The position numbers and the translations under genes are program-made. Below, in pieces: positions 9,934 to 20,290 of a DNA stretch of 64,000 bases. The DNA lies in the NCBI GenBank assembly GCA_963763775.1, contig CAVXPZ010000001.1, positions 864,001 through 928,000 of the forward strand, in the 5' to 3' direction. Numbering within the stretch: the stretch's first letter is position 1; every line of letters starts with the position of its first letter. This DNA comes from an uncultured Chloroflexia bacterium (GTDB taxonomy: Bacteria > Chloroflexota > Limnocylindria > Limnocylindrales > CSP1-4). The notes beneath the pieces were generated by a model. That model was given only the letters and a program-made list of their open reading frames with translations. It did no database searches and was not told the origin of the DNA.

Positions 9934-12278
9934 GCCGGGGAGTGTACGGCGCCGCCCTCGGCCTCGGTCCCGGTCGGGGCCGGATCGGCATCCTCGACCG
10001 TCGCGTCGGTCGCGCCGTCCGGGGCGTCGTCGACGTCGCCCTCGATCGTGACGCGCGGCAGCCACTCGAGCCATGACGGCAGCCACCAGTTCCGGTCGCC
10101 GAGGAGGCGCATCGTGGCCGGGAGCAGGATGCTGCGCACGATGGTGGCGTCGAGGAACACCGCGACCGCCAGCCCGAACCCGAGCTGCTTGATGATGACG
10201 AGCTCGAGGGTCACGAAGACGCTGAAGACCACGACCATGATCGCGGCCGCGCTCGTGATGGTCCCCGAGGTGATGGAGATGCCCCGGGCGACCGCCTCGT
10301 TCGACGACAGGCCGTGGTCGCGGGCCTCCTTGATGCGGGTGAGGATGAACACGTGGTAGTCCATCGAGAGGCCGAACAGGATCGTGAAGATGAAGACCGG
10401 GACGAACGCCTCGATCGGACCCGGCTTGAACCCGAGCAGCTCGGCGCCGTGCCCGTCCTGGAAGACGAGGACCAGCAGACCGAACGCCGCGCCGGTCGAG
10501 AGCAGGTTCAGGAGGATCGCCTTGATCGGGATGACCAGTGACCGGAAGGCGACGAGCAGCAGCAGGAACGAGAGGCCGAGCACGAAGGCCATCACCATCG
10601 GCATGCCGTTCGCGTAGAAGTCGACCGTGTCGAGGGTGAACGCGACGTCGCCCGTGACGTAGCCGGCGACGCCGGGGACCGCCCCGACGGTCGCGGGGAT
10701 CACGTCCCGGCGGACCTCGCGCACGATCGCGCGGTTCGACTCGTCGTTCTGGCCGCCGGCCATGACGTACGAGACCAGCGCGACCGTGCCGTCCTTGGAC
10801 ATCGTGGTCTCGGCCGGCGGGTGGACGCCGTCGATGGCGAGGATCCGCTTCGACATCTCCTCGATCGCGGCCTTGGTCGGCGCTTCGTCGGCCTTGGTGA
10901 CGACGACCTGCAGGGCGAGGGTCGAGCCCTGCGGCCATTTCTCGTTGAGCAGGTTCACGCCCTGGACGGCGTCGATCCGGTCGGGGAACGAGGCGAAGTC
11001 CGACTGGCCCATGTGCAGGCGCAAGGCCGGGACGGCCATCACGAGCAGCAGGCCGGCCGCGGCGACGAACGCGATGACCGGGCGGCGCATGACGGCTCGC
11101 ACGACGACGGCCCACAGGCCGCTGCCCTCGGGTCGCGGCCGGCCGATGTACGGCACGCGGAGGCGGTTCACGCCGTCGCCGAGGATCGCCAGCGTGGCCG
11201 GGAGGAACGTCAGCGACCCGATGACCGCGATGAGCACGACCGCGATGGTCCCGACGGCCATCGAGCGGAAGAGCACGTCATCGAGCAGGAACAGGCCGCC
11301 GATCGAGAACATCACCGCGAGCCCGGAGAAGAACACGGCCCGCCCGGCGGTGGCCGAGGCGACCCGGATCGCGTCGGGCTTCGCGCGGCCGTGGCGCCGT
11401 TCGGTGCGGAACCGCGTGATCATGAACAGGGAGTAGTCGACCGCCACGGCCAGCCCGATGAGCACGACCAGCTGGGTGGCGTAGGCGCTGACCGGCGCCA
11501 CGACCTGGCTGTAGAGGCCCAGGATCCCGAATGCCGCCAGCAGGGCCGTGATCGCCAGGACGAGCGGCACCACCGCAGCGACGACGGCCCCGAACGCGAT
11601 CAGCAGGATCAGGAACGTCAGCGGGATCGTGAGGCGCAGCGACGCGTCGAGACCGCCGTTGACGAGCTCCTGGATGTCCTGGTTGGCCAGGACGCCGTCG
11701 AGGGAGTGGATCGCCAGCTCGGGGTGGGCGGCCCGCAGCGCGACGAGGAGGGCCGGCACGGGTCCCAGGTGCTGCTTGACGACGTCGCCCTCGCCGCGGA
11801 TCTCGGCGGGGATGCGGACCGTCGTCCGGTCCGGAGAGATCAGGCCGGCCTCGGCCGGGGCGAGGCGCGGGTCGACGACCTGGTCGAAGGTGGCGACCGT
11901 CGCGCCGTCGACGGTGGAGGTCTGTGCTTTCAGCTTCGCGAGGATGTCATCCAGGGCGGCGCCGAACGCGGGGTCGTCGAGCGTGCCGGTGCTGCTGTTG
12001 ACGAGGAACAGCGTCTGATGGGCCGTCTCGGCCGTCCCCGAGGCGTTGAACACGTCGTAGGCCTTGGACGACTCGAACGCGGTCTCCTGCCGGCCATTGG
12101 AGGCCACCGCATCAGCGGTCTTCGACCCGCCGAGGGCGAGGTTGGTCGCGAACAGCCCGATCGTGAGGACGAACCAGAGCGCGGCGACGGGCCAGCGGTG
12201 TCGGGCGCTCCACGAGGCCACCCGGACGGTCCACGGTTCGCCCCGGGTCTTCGACTGGGCCTTCGACGACTCGGCCAT
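9930..12278 (-). CDS. MMPL/RND family membrane transporter
   Basis: Two repeats with GLAVAVDYSLF and FGLSMDYHVF motifs; ~12 TM helices. Confidence 0.95.
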   Translation of the reverse strand: MAESSKAQSKTRGEPWTVRVASWSARHRWPVAALWFVLTIGLFATNLALGGSKTADAVASNGRQETAFESSKAYDVFNASGTAETAHQTLFLVNSSTGTLDDPAFGAALDDILAKLKAQTSTVDGATVATFDQVVDPRLAPAEAGLISPDRTTVRIPAEIRGEGDVVKQHLGPVPALLVALRAAHPELAIHSLDGVLANQDIQELVNGGLDASLRLTIPLTFLILLIAFGAVVAAVVPLVLAITALLAAFGILGLYSQVVAPVSAYATQLVVLIGLAVAVDYSLFMITRFRTERRHGRAKPDAIRVASATAGRAVFFSGLAVMFSIGGLFLLDDVLFRSMAVGTIAVVLIAVIGSLTFLPATLAILGDGVNRLRVPYIGRPRPEGSGLWAVVVRAVMRRPVIAFVAAAGLLLVMAVPALRLHMGQSDFASFPDRIDAVQGVNLLNEKWPQGSTLALQVVVTKADEAPTKAAIEEMSKRILAIDGVHPPAETTMSKDGTVALVSYVMAGGQNDESNRAIVREVRRDVIPATVGAVPGVAGYVTGDVAFTLDTVDFYANGMPMVMAFVLGLSFLLLLVAFRSLVIPIKAILLNLLSTGAAFGLLVLVFQDGHGAELLGFKPGPIEAFVPVFIFTILFGLSMDYHVFILTRIKEARDHGLSSNEAVARGISITSGTITSAAAIMVVVFSVFVTLELVIIKQLGFGLAVAVFLDATIVRSILLPATMRLLGDRNWWLPSWLEWLPRVTIEGDVDDAPDGATDATVEDADPAPTGTEAEGGAVHSPA

Positions 12279-12279
12279 G

Positions 12280-13521
12280 TCAGACGCGTTCCACGGCCAT
12301 GGCGACCGATCCGCCCCCGCCGAGGCACAACGTCGCGAGGCCGTAGCGGCCGTCGCGGCGGGCCAGCTCGTGGAGCAGCGTGGCGACGATCCGGGCGCCG
12401 CTCGCCCCGATCGGATGCCCGAGCGCGATCGCCCCGCCGTTCACGTTGACCTTGTCCCAGTCGAACCCGAGCGCCCGCCCGTCGGCAAGCGTCTGGGCGG
12501 CAAATGCCTCGTTGATCTCGATGAGGTCGAAGGCCTCGATCGGGAGTTCGATGCGGTCGAGCAGGCGGCGGACGCCCTCGATCGGGGCGAGGAACAGCCA
12601 CTTGGGCGCCACCTCGGCCTGGGCGTAGCCGACGATCCGCGCCAGCGGCCGAAGGCCGAGCCGCTCGACCGCCCGTTCGCTCGCCACCACGGTCGCCGCG
12701 GCGCCGTCCGTGATCCCCGGCGCGTTCCCGGCGGTCACCGTCCCGATCGTGGCCGAGCCGCGGTCCTCGCCGTCGGGCAGCGCGAATGCGGGCTTGAGCC
12801 GCGCGAGCGCCTCGAGGGTCGAGTCGCGGCGGGGTCCCTCGTCGACCGAGACCACGGTCTCGCGGCCCTTCGCGTCCCGGACGGTCACCGGCGCCATCTC
12901 GGCATCGAAGCGTCCGGCATCGATGGCCGCGATCGCCCGCTCGTGGCTGGCGAGCGCGAAGGCATCCTGGTCCTCGCGGCTCACGGCCTCCTTGATCGCC
13001 ACCCGCTCGGCGTGCGTGCCCATGTGGCAGTCCTCGATGGCGCACCAGAGGCCGTCGTGCACGGTGGCGTCGATCAGCTCGCCGTTGCCGAGGCGCAGCC
13101 CGAACCTCGCCCCCGGCAGGAGGTACGGCGCCTGGTTCATCGATTCCATGCCGCCCGCGACGACCATCTCGGCGTCACCGGCCCGGATCTCCGCCGCCGC
13201 GAGCATGATCGCCTTGAGGCCCGAGCCGCAGACGCGGTTGATGGTCGTGGCGCTGGTGCCGTCCGGGAGGCCGGCGCGGAGCAGGGCCTGTCGGGCGGGC
13301 GCCTGTCCGACGCCGGCCTGGAGCACCTGGCCCATCAGGACCTCGTCGAACGCGGCGGTCGACGGGTCGAGACCGGCGCGATCGACGGCCGCGCGGATCG
13401 CGACGCCGCCCAGCTCGGTGGCCGGGACCGTGCTCAGCGCCCCGCCGAACCGGCCGATCGGCGTCCGGGCGGCGCTGACGAGGTAGACGTGGCCGTTCGG
13501 GCCGCTGGGAGCGTCGGTCAT
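12280..13521 (-). CDS. Acetyl-CoA C-acetyltransferase (thiolase)
   Basis: ARTPIG, NRVCGSG, INEAFAAQ, GGAIALGHPIGASG, CLGGG. Confidence 0.96.
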   Translation of the reverse strand: MTDAPSGPNGHVYLVSAARTPIGRFGGALSTVPATELGGVAIRAAVDRAGLDPSTAAFDEVLMGQVLQAGVGQAPARQALLRAGLPDGTSATTINRVCGSGLKAIMLAAAEIRAGDAEMVVAGGMESMNQAPYLLPGARFGLRLGNGELIDATVHDGLWCAIEDCHMGTHAERVAIKEAVSREDQDAFALASHERAIAAIDAGRFDAEMAPVTVRDAKGRETVVSVDEGPRRDSTLEALARLKPAFALPDGEDRGSATIGTVTAGNAPGITDGAAATVVASERAVERLGLRPLARIVGYAQAEVAPKWLFLAPIEGVRRLLDRIELPIEAFDLIEINEAFAAQTLADGRALGFDWDKVNVNGGAIALGHPIGASGARIVATLLHELARRDGRYGLATLCLGGGGSVAMAVERV

Positions 13522-13579
13522 CGGCCGAATCTACACGGCCTCGGCCGTCGGCGGCCGCGGACCGGTCGCCGCGAGGTCC

Positions 13580-14449
13580 TCAGCGAGGCGGCCGCGGGTA
13601 CGTGTAGAAGCCCTGGCCGGTCTTCTGGCCGAGGTGGCCGGCCTTCACCAGCTCCTGCAGCACGCGCGGCGGATGGACGTGCTCGAGGGCCAGGCCGTCC
13701 TCGAGGACGCGCATGATCTGGAGGCACACGTCGAGGCCGATGAAGTCCGCGAGCTCGAGCGGCCCCATCGGATGGTTGAGCCCGACCCGGGCGCCGGCAT
13801 CGATGTCCTCGGCGGTCCCGACGCCCTGCTCGAAGGTCCGCATCGACTCGGCGAGGTAGGGCATCAGGATCCGGTTGACGATGAACCCGGGGCGATCCTC
13901 GGACACGATGACCTGCTTGCCGAGCTCCGCGGACAGGTCGCGGATCGCGGCGACCGTCTCCTCGGTCGTCACGGGCGTCCGGATCAGCTCCACGAGCGGC
14001 ATCACGGGCACCGGGCTGAAGAAGTGCATGCCAACGAACCGGCTGCGGCGATCCGCGCTGACCGCCTCCGCGAGGCGGTGGATCGCGATCGAGCTCGTGT
14101 TCGAGGCGAAGATGGCGCTCGCTGGGGCGTGCCGATCCAGCTCGCGCCAGAGGTCGCGCTTGACGTCGAGGTCCTCGAAGACCGCCTCGATCGCGAGGTC
14201 GGCGGTCCCGACGGCGGCCAGGTCCGCGGTCGCGGTCACCCGCGCGAGGGTCGCCTCGCGGTCGTCGGCCGCCAGCTTGCCCTTCGTCACCGCCCGGTCG
14301 AGGTTGCCGGCGATGCGGTCGCGCCCGGCCTCGGCCCGGGCGATGTCCGGCTCGTACAGCACCACGGTCTTGCCGATCGCGGCATGGACCTGCGCGATGC
14401 CGTGGCCCATGAGGCCCGCGCCCGCGACGAAGACCCGCTCGATGGTCAT
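13580..14449 (-). CDS. hbd: 3-hydroxybutyryl-CoA dehydrogenase
   Basis: GAGLMGHGIAQV, ASNTSS, GMHFFSPVPVM, PGFIVNR, HPMGPLELADFIGLD. Confidence 0.92.
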   Translation of the reverse strand: MTIERVFVAGAGLMGHGIAQVHAAIGKTVVLYEPDIARAEAGRDRIAGNLDRAVTKGKLAADDREATLARVTATADLAAVGTADLAIEAVFEDLDVKRDLWRELDRHAPASAIFASNTSSIAIHRLAEAVSADRRSRFVGMHFFSPVPVMPLVELIRTPVTTEETVAAIRDLSAELGKQVIVSEDRPGFIVNRILMPYLAESMRTFEQGVGTAEDIDAGARVGLNHPMGPLELADFIGLDVCLQIMRVLEDGLALEHVHPPRVLQELVKAGHLGQKTGQGFYTYPRPPR

Positions 14450-15648
14450 GTCGGCAGCCTACCGCCTGAGGCCAGCGACGGCCGGGCGACGGCGTCGCGG
14501 CGGACGAACAGCAGCACGGCCCCGAGGAGCGCCACCCCCGCCGAGAGGCCGAAGGCGACGGCGAAGCCGCTCACACCGACGACCAGGCCGAGCAGGGCCG
14601 GCGACAGGCCGAACGACAGGTCGAGGAACGCACTGGCCGTGCCCACCACCGAACCGCGCTCGGTCTCGTCCACCCTCGAGACGGCGAGCGACATCAGTCC
14701 GGGGAACATGAACGCGACCCCACAGGCGAACACGGCGGTGCCCGCGAGCAGGCCGGCGGGCTCGCCGGCCACCGCGATGACGGCAAGCCCGATCGCGGTC
14801 ACGACCAGCGCGGCCCCGGACAACCGCGCCGCGCCCATCTGGTCGGGAAGCTTCGCGAACACGATCCGCAGGACGACCACGATGAGCGCGTACAGGGCCA
14901 GCGCGGAGCTCGCGCCGTCCATCCCGATATCGGTGGCGTGGAGCGGGATGAAGGCGAAGAACCCAGCCATGCCCCAGGCGCCGGTCAGGATCAGGAACCC
15001 CGGGAAGACGCCGGCCGGATGGATGAGCCGCGCCCTGGGTCGCGGGCCGCCGGGGGCGTGCGGCGCCACCACGGTCGGCGCGGTCTCCGGCACGAACCAG
15101 GTCAGGATCGTGGCGACGGTGGCAAGACCGGCCGCGGCGACCCAGACCGCTGCGTAACCCCAGGACGACAGGATCGACTCGCCGACGATCGGTCCGATCC
15201 CGAGGCCGAGGTAGACCGACAGCGACCCGAGGTTGATCGCCTCGCCCCGACGCTCCTCGGGCGCCAGGTCGCTGATCGCCGCGAGCGCCGCGACGAAGAA
15301 GAACGCCTCCGCGATCCCGAAGATCGACCGGACGATGACGAACATGGGCAGCGACGTCACGACCAGGTGCAACGCCAGCGCCGCGATCGTCAGAAGGCCG
15401 CCGCCGAGGAGGAGTGGCCGGCGACCGAACCGGTCCGACGCCCAGCCGACCACCGGCCGCATCACGAGCGCCGCGATGGAGAACGCTCCGATGGCCACGC
15501 CGACCCCGATCGCGTCGGCGCCGAGCGGACCCGCCGCGAACCGCGACGCGACAGGGAGCACCGTGCTGCCCGCCGTGAAGAACGCGAGCGCGGCCACGAA
15601 GAGGGCGACGAACGCCGGGGTCAGCAGCCGGGTCGGCGCAGCGCTCAA
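14446..15648 (-). CDS. MFS transporter
   Basis: MFS motif A GWASDRFGRR; ~12 TM helices. Confidence 0.93.
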   Translation of the reverse strand: MSAAPTRLLTPAFVALFVAALAFFTAGSTVLPVASRFAAGPLGADAIGVGVAIGAFSIAALVMRPVVGWASDRFGRRPLLLGGGLLTIAALALHLVVTSLPMFVIVRSIFGIAEAFFFVAALAAISDLAPEERRGEAINLGSLSVYLGLGIGPIVGESILSSWGYAAVWVAAAGLATVATILTWFVPETAPTVVAPHAPGGPRPRARLIHPAGVFPGFLILTGAWGMAGFFAFIPLHATDIGMDGASSALALYALIVVVLRIVFAKLPDQMGAARLSGAALVVTAIGLAVIAVAGEPAGLLAGTAVFACGVAFMFPGLMSLAVSRVDETERGSVVGTASAFLDLSFGLSPALLGLVVGVSGFAVAFGLSAGVALLGAVLLFVRRDAVARPSLASGGRLPT

Positions 15649-16658
15649 CGCGGCGGGCGAAGGTCCGCCAGCAGCCGGTCGGCCGCGGCGTACGGGTCGA
15701 GCCGGTGGTCGGCGACCTCGGCGAGGATCTCCCGGGTCTCGGCCGCATGCGACGCGCCGAGCAGGGACGCGCGCAGCCGGTCGCCGAGGATCGCCCAGAC
15801 CTGCGCTTCCGCGCGAGCGAGGCGCGCGGCCGGCGCGACGGATGCCTCGCGGCCGGCCGCTCGATGGCGGTCCAGGGCGGCGAGGAGCTCCGGCACGCCC
15901 TCGCCGGTCGCGGCGGTGGTGACCAGGACCACGGGGCGCTTCGGAGCGGCCCGCGGCGGCGCCTCACCGTCCCCCGTCGGACCGCCGCCCCTCCGCCCCG
16001 TCGTGGGCACGAGCATCGCGCGGAGTTGCGCGGCCGTCCGCATCGCGCCGGGCTTGTCGCCCTTGTTGACGACCACGAGATCGGCGACTTCGAGGAGACC
16101 CGCCTTGATCGCCTGGACCTCGTCGCCCATCTCGGGCGCCTCGAGCACGACGGTCGTGTCCGCGGCGGCGGCCACCTCGACCTCGCTCTGGCCGGTGCCG
16201 ACCGTCTCGATGAGGAGCAGGTCGAACCCGCAGGCATCGAGGACCGCTGCGGCCGCGCTCGACGTCGAGGCGAGGCCGCCGGCGTGCCCGCGCGACGCCA
16301 TCGAGCGGATGAACACGTCGCGGTCTCCCGCGTAGGCCTGCATGCGAACGCGGTCGCCGAGGAGCGCGCCCCCGGTGATCGGGCTCGATGGGTCGACCGC
16401 GATGACCCCCACCGTCCGCCCGGCTCGCCGGACCTCGGCGATCAGGGCGGCGACGAGCGTGGACTTGCCCGCACCGGGCGGCCCCGTGATCCCGACGAGA
16501 TGCGCGCCGCCCGCCAATGGATAGAGCCGCCGCATCGCGGCCTCGGCGGTCGGCGTCCGGTTCTCGACCGCGGTCAGGAGCCGCGCGGTCGCGAGGCGGT
16601 CCCCGGCGACGGCGGCCTCGACGAGGCGCTCGGCCCGGGAGTCCGGGGCGTCCCCCAC
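15645..16658 (-). CDS. meaB: Acyl-CoA mutase-associated GTPase MeaB
   Basis: GITGPPGAGKST, AVDPSSPITGGALLGDRVRM, ETVGTGQSE, VNKGD. Confidence 0.95.
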   Translation of the reverse strand: MGDAPDSRAERLVEAAVAGDRLATARLLTAVENRTPTAEAAMRRLYPLAGGAHLVGITGPPGAGKSTLVAALIAEVRRAGRTVGVIAVDPSSPITGGALLGDRVRMQAYAGDRDVFIRSMASRGHAGGLASTSSAAAAVLDACGFDLLLIETVGTGQSEVEVAAAADTTVVLEAPEMGDEVQAIKAGLLEVADLVVVNKGDKPGAMRTAAQLRAMLVPTTGRRGGGPTGDGEAPPRAAPKRPVVLVTTAATGEGVPELLAALDRHRAAGREASVAPAARLARAEAQVWAILGDRLRASLLGASHAAETREILAEVADHRLDPYAAADRLLADLRPPR

Positions 16659-16659
16659 C

Positions 16660-17064
16660 CTACTCGCGCGGTCGCGCGTTCGAGCGCAGGTAGTCCGCGA
16701 CCTGGGCGATGGTCGTGCCCGGCCCGAACACGGCGGAGACGCCGGCGGACTTGAGCGCGGCGACGTCGTCGTCCGGGATGATGCCGCCGACCGTGACGAG
16801 CACATCGCCCATGCCCTGCTCGTCGAGCAGCTTCGTGATCCGTGGCACCAGCGTCATGTGCGCGCCGGACAGGATCGACAGCCCGACGACGTCGACGTCC
16901 TCCTGGAGGGCCGCCGTGGCGACCATCTCGGGCGTCTGTCGCAGGCCGGTGTAGACGACCTCGAAGCCCTCGTCCCGGAGGCCCCGGGCGAGCACCTTGG
17001 CCCCCCGGTCGTGGCCGTCGAGCCCGGGCTTCGCGATCAGCACCTTGAGCGGGCGATCCGTCAT
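16660..17064 (-). CDS. Cobalamin-binding small subunit of an acyl-CoA mutase (IcmB/McmB-like)
   Basis: [12 protein letters not shown] (DxHxxG), [15 protein letters not shown]. Confidence 0.95.
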   Translation of the reverse strand: MTDRPLKVLIAKPGLDGHDRGAKVLARGLRDEGFEVVYTGLRQTPEMVATAALQEDVDVVGLSILSGAHMTLVPRITKLLDEQGMGDVLVTVGGIIPDDDVAALKSAGVSAVFGPGTTIAQVADYLRSNARPRE

Positions 17065-17137
17065 GCCGCCGATCGTACCGCGCTCGGGCGGAGCCGGTGG
17101 CCCCACCCGAGCGCAGGAAGGCTGGGAGCGTGGACGA

Positions 17138-18265
17138 TCAGTGGCGGATCCGCAGGACCTCCCCGCCACCGACCGTGGTGCTGTGGTTGGTCACGTAGAT
17201 CGTGCCGTCACGGGTGATCGCGAAACCGCCAGGCGTATCCAGGCGACCCGGGACGATCTCGGTCTTCACGCCGTGATGGACACGCCAGAGCGCTCCGGTC
17301 GTATCGCCACCGGGCGTGAACACGTTGAGCACTCCGGCCTTGGCGATCTCGAGCACGTAGAGGTCGCCGCGCGGCCCGAACTGCAGGTCGATGATCGAGG
17401 TGAACCCGTCGGCGTACAGGGTGCAGGCACCGTGCGTGGCGGCAGGGTCGCAGAGCGCTCCGTGGGCCCACGGAGCGACCCGCCAGATGCGAGACGTCCC
17501 CGGGGTGAACGGGAAGCCCTTCAGTTCGCCGACGTACCAGTAGCCGTCCGGGCCGACCGCCACCGTCGTGGGGACCGCCTCGGCGGGGATCTCCGAGGGC
17601 AGGCCTGAGTCCGGCCCGAGATGTGCCGTGGACACGATCTCGTTCGGGAAGCGCGCCACTTCGCGGACGCCGCCCCTGGCGTTGACGAGCAGGAGGTCGT
17701 TGCCGGCCGCGTCCGTCACGAGCTTCTTCCCGTGCTTGAGGGCCGCCAGACCATACGCGTTGGAGTCCGTCGGATTCGGCGGCTGGTCGAGATCGGTCGG
17801 GTCCGGGTTCGCGTTCCGGAACGCCTGGATGTTCGCGAGGACCTTGTCGCCGCCCTTCCACACCTTGAGAACGCTGTCGAAGCGCGGATCGACGACCTGC
17901 GGGCCGCCACCGACCACCGCGATCGCCTTGCCGTCCGAGCCCATGGCGACGTTGACCGGGCCCGTGACCTCGCCTTCGGGCGAGATCGCCGAGGGCAGGC
18001 CGCTCCTCAGCGTCCGGACCGTGTTGCCGGTGATCCGCAGGATCTTGCCGCTCGTGCCGTAGCCCTGCGCGGGTCCGCCGCGACCCGCCACGGCGACCAG
18101 GACGCGGCCCTTGCCGTCGACCGAGATGCCGCGTGGGTCGTCAAGCCCCGAGGCCAGGACCTTGACGTGGGGTTTCGAGCCGTGTGCGGCGGCTGGGACC
18201 GCGAACCCTGCCGCGAGCACGACCAGGGCGACCATTGCCAGAGCCCATCGTCGGGCACGATGCAT
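17138..18265 (-). CDS. Secreted ScyD/ScyE-family beta-propeller protein
   Basis: Signal peptide; [38 protein letters not shown]; SD GGAGGAGGT before ATG 18265. Confidence 0.85.
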   Translation of the reverse strand: MHRARRWALAMVALVVLAAGFAVPAAAHGSKPHVKVLASGLDDPRGISVDGKGRVLVAVAGRGGPAQGYGTSGKILRITGNTVRTLRSGLPSAISPEGEVTGPVNVAMGSDGKAIAVVGGGPQVVDPRFDSVLKVWKGGDKVLANIQAFRNANPDPTDLDQPPNPTDSNAYGLAALKHGKKLVTDAAGNDLLLVNARGGVREVARFPNEIVSTAHLGPDSGLPSEIPAEAVPTTVAVGPDGYWYVGELKGFPFTPGTSRIWRVAPWAHGALCDPAATHGACTLYADGFTSIIDLQFGPRGDLYVLEIAKAGVLNVFTPGGDTTGALWRVHHGVKTEIVPGRLDTPGGFAITRDGTIYVTNHSTTVGGGEVLRIRH

Positions 18266-18406
18266 CTGGACCTCCTCCCGATCCATCGATCGGACTATCC
18301 CGGCGGAAGCCCACCATACCCAACGTGTCGCCTGCGAGCACCGGAGACCCCTGCACGGCGGTGCACGCCGGCACCGCCTTTTCGGACGAAGGTCGACGGC
18401 GACGAC

Positions 18407-19228
18407 CTACGCGTTGGCGCGGCTGAACGTCCGCGCCGCAAGCCACACGGAGATCACCGCCAGGATCGCCGTCACGCCGACGCCGATCGGGATCTCCGGC
18501 GAACCCCACTGCCCGTTGAACAGCGCCCGGGCCGCATCCACGGTGTGGGTCAGCGGGTTGACGTTGCTCAGGAACTGGAGCCAGGCGGGAGCCAGCGCCA
18601 TCGGCAGGAGGATCCCCGACAGGAGGAGCAGCGGCATCGCGACGCTGTTGACCAGCGGGGCGAAGGCGTCCTCGCTCTTGAGCGTCAGCGCCGCGGCGTA
18701 CGACAACGGCGCCGAGACAAGGCCGATGAGCACGAGCAGCAGCATGACGACCGGGATGCCGGCGGGGTCGATCTTGAGCCCGAGCGGGACGGCCAGCACG
18801 ATCAGGATGAGCGCCTGGACCTGCAGGATCACGATGTCGCGCAGGGAGCGCCCGAGCAGCATCGCCGTCCGGCTCATCGGGGTCACACGCATCCGCTCGA
18901 TGACGCCGCTGCGCAGCTCGGCGATGAGCCCGAACCCACCGAAGGCCGTGCCGAAGATCGCGATCTGGATGATCAGCCCGGGGACGAACCAGTTGAACGC
19001 GTTCGTGCTCGTGCCGGCCGCCTGGGTGGCGCCCTCGAGGAGCGGGCCGAAGAGGAACAGGTACAGCAGCGGCAGCATCATGCCGAAGAGGATCCAGACC
19101 GGCTGCCGGATGGTCAGCCAGAGCGACCGGTGGAAGATCAGCCAGGTGTCGCGGGCGGTCTGCATGAACGGGTTCCTCACGTAGGTCGTCGGGGTGTCAT
19201 GGACGGTGGTGGAGGCCGAGGTGCTCAT
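18407..19228 (-). CDS. ABC-2 transporter permease (DrrB-like)
   Basis: GVIERMRVTPMSR, NPLTHTVDAAR; 6 TM helices. Confidence 0.93.
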   Translation of the reverse strand: MSTSASTTVHDTPTTYVRNPFMQTARDTWLIFHRSLWLTIRQPVWILFGMMLPLLYLFLFGPLLEGATQAAGTSTNAFNWFVPGLIIQIAIFGTAFGGFGLIAELRSGVIERMRVTPMSRTAMLLGRSLRDIVILQVQALILIVLAVPLGLKIDPAGIPVVMLLLVLIGLVSAPLSYAAALTLKSEDAFAPLVNSVAMPLLLLSGILLPMALAPAWLQFLSNVNPLTHTVDAARALFNGQWGSPEIPIGVGVTAILAVISVWLAARTFSRANA

Positions 19229-20181
19229 GCCGCCGGCTCCTCGCGCAGCGACCGGCCGGTCTGGCGCAGGAAGACGTCGTCGAGGCTCGGGCGCGCGAGC
19301 GTGATCGAGCGCGCCTGCAGGCCGGCGCCGTCGAGGATCCGCAGGAGCTGCGGGACCGCGGTCTCGCCCTGGTCCACGTACAGCCGGATCAGGTCGTCCT
19401 CGCTGCTGGCCTCCCGGACGAACGGCTGGTCGCGGACGGTGGCCAGGACCTGGTCGCGATCCCCGTCGACGCCGAGCGTGACGACGTCGCCGGCGACCTG
19501 GCGCTTGAGCTCGTCGGCCGTGCCCTCCGCGACGATCTGCCCGTGGTCGATGATCGCGAGGCGGTCCGCGAGTGCGTCGGCCTCCTCGAGGTAGTGCGTG
19601 GTGAGGAACACGGTGGTGCCCGCCTCGCGCAGCCCGCGGACCTCGTCCCACATCCGCGCGCGGGCCTGCGGGTCAAGACCGGTCGTCGGCTCGTCGAGGA
19701 ACAGGACGCGCGGCCGGTGCACGATCCCGAGGCCGACATCGAGCCGGCGGCGCATGCCGCCCGAGTACGTGCCGGTCGGCCGGTCGGCGGCCGCCTCGAG
19801 GTCGAGTGCGGCGAGGACTTCGCGGGCGCGGGCCTGGGCTCGCGGCTTGTCGAGGCCGTAGAGGCGCGCCTGGAGCACGAGCTCGCCGCGGCCGGTCTCG
19901 GCCGGGTCCGTCGAACCGCCCTGCGGCACGTACCCGATCCGGCGTCGGACCTCCTCCGGCTGGCTGGCCAGGTCCACGCCCGCGACCGTGGCGCGGCCAC
20001 CGGTCGGCTTGAGCAGCGTCGCGAGCATCCGCAGGGTCGTGGTCTTCCCGGCGCCGTTCGGCCCGAGGAACCCGAAGATCTCCCCGGCTTCGACCGTGAG
20101 GTCCACGCCTCGGACGGCCTCCACGGCGCCCCCACGGGACTTGAAGGTGCGACGCAGGTCGTGCGTCTCGATCATCGGCAT
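19225..20181 (-). CDS. ABC transporter ATP-binding protein (DrrA-like)
   Basis: GPNGAGKTT, YSGGMRRRL, LFLDEPTTGLDP, SLDDVFLRQTG. Confidence 0.96.
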   Translation of the reverse strand: MPMIETHDLRRTFKSRGGAVEAVRGVDLTVEAGEIFGFLGPNGAGKTTTLRMLATLLKPTGGRATVAGVDLASQPEEVRRRIGYVPQGGSTDPAETGRGELVLQARLYGLDKPRAQARAREVLAALDLEAAADRPTGTYSGGMRRRLDVGLGIVHRPRVLFLDEPTTGLDPQARARMWDEVRGLREAGTTVFLTTHYLEEADALADRLAIIDHGQIVAEGTADELKRQVAGDVVTLGVDGDRDQVLATVRDQPFVREASSEDDLIRLYVDQGETAVPQLLRILDGAGLQARSITLARPSLDDVFLRQTGRSLREEPAA

Positions 20182-20244
20182 CGGTGGTCTCCCGTCTGCC
20201 CTATGCTGGACGGGTCACTTGCGCCGTTCAGCAATCTGGGACAT

Positions 20245-20263
20245 TATCTGCACCGCGCAGATA
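20245..20263. promoter_or_regulatory. Putative MarR operator palindrome
   Basis: TATCTGC-ACCGC-GCAGATA between the divergent ABC and MarR genes; degenerate second copy TGCGCCGTTCAG at 20220-20231. Confidence 0.65.
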
Positions 20264-20290
20264 GTTACCCATACAGGAGCACCTGTCAAC

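Noticed and set aside
17138-18265. Scytonemin biosynthesis
   Set aside because: ScyD/ScyE-like proteins are widespread and no scyABC-like genes are present
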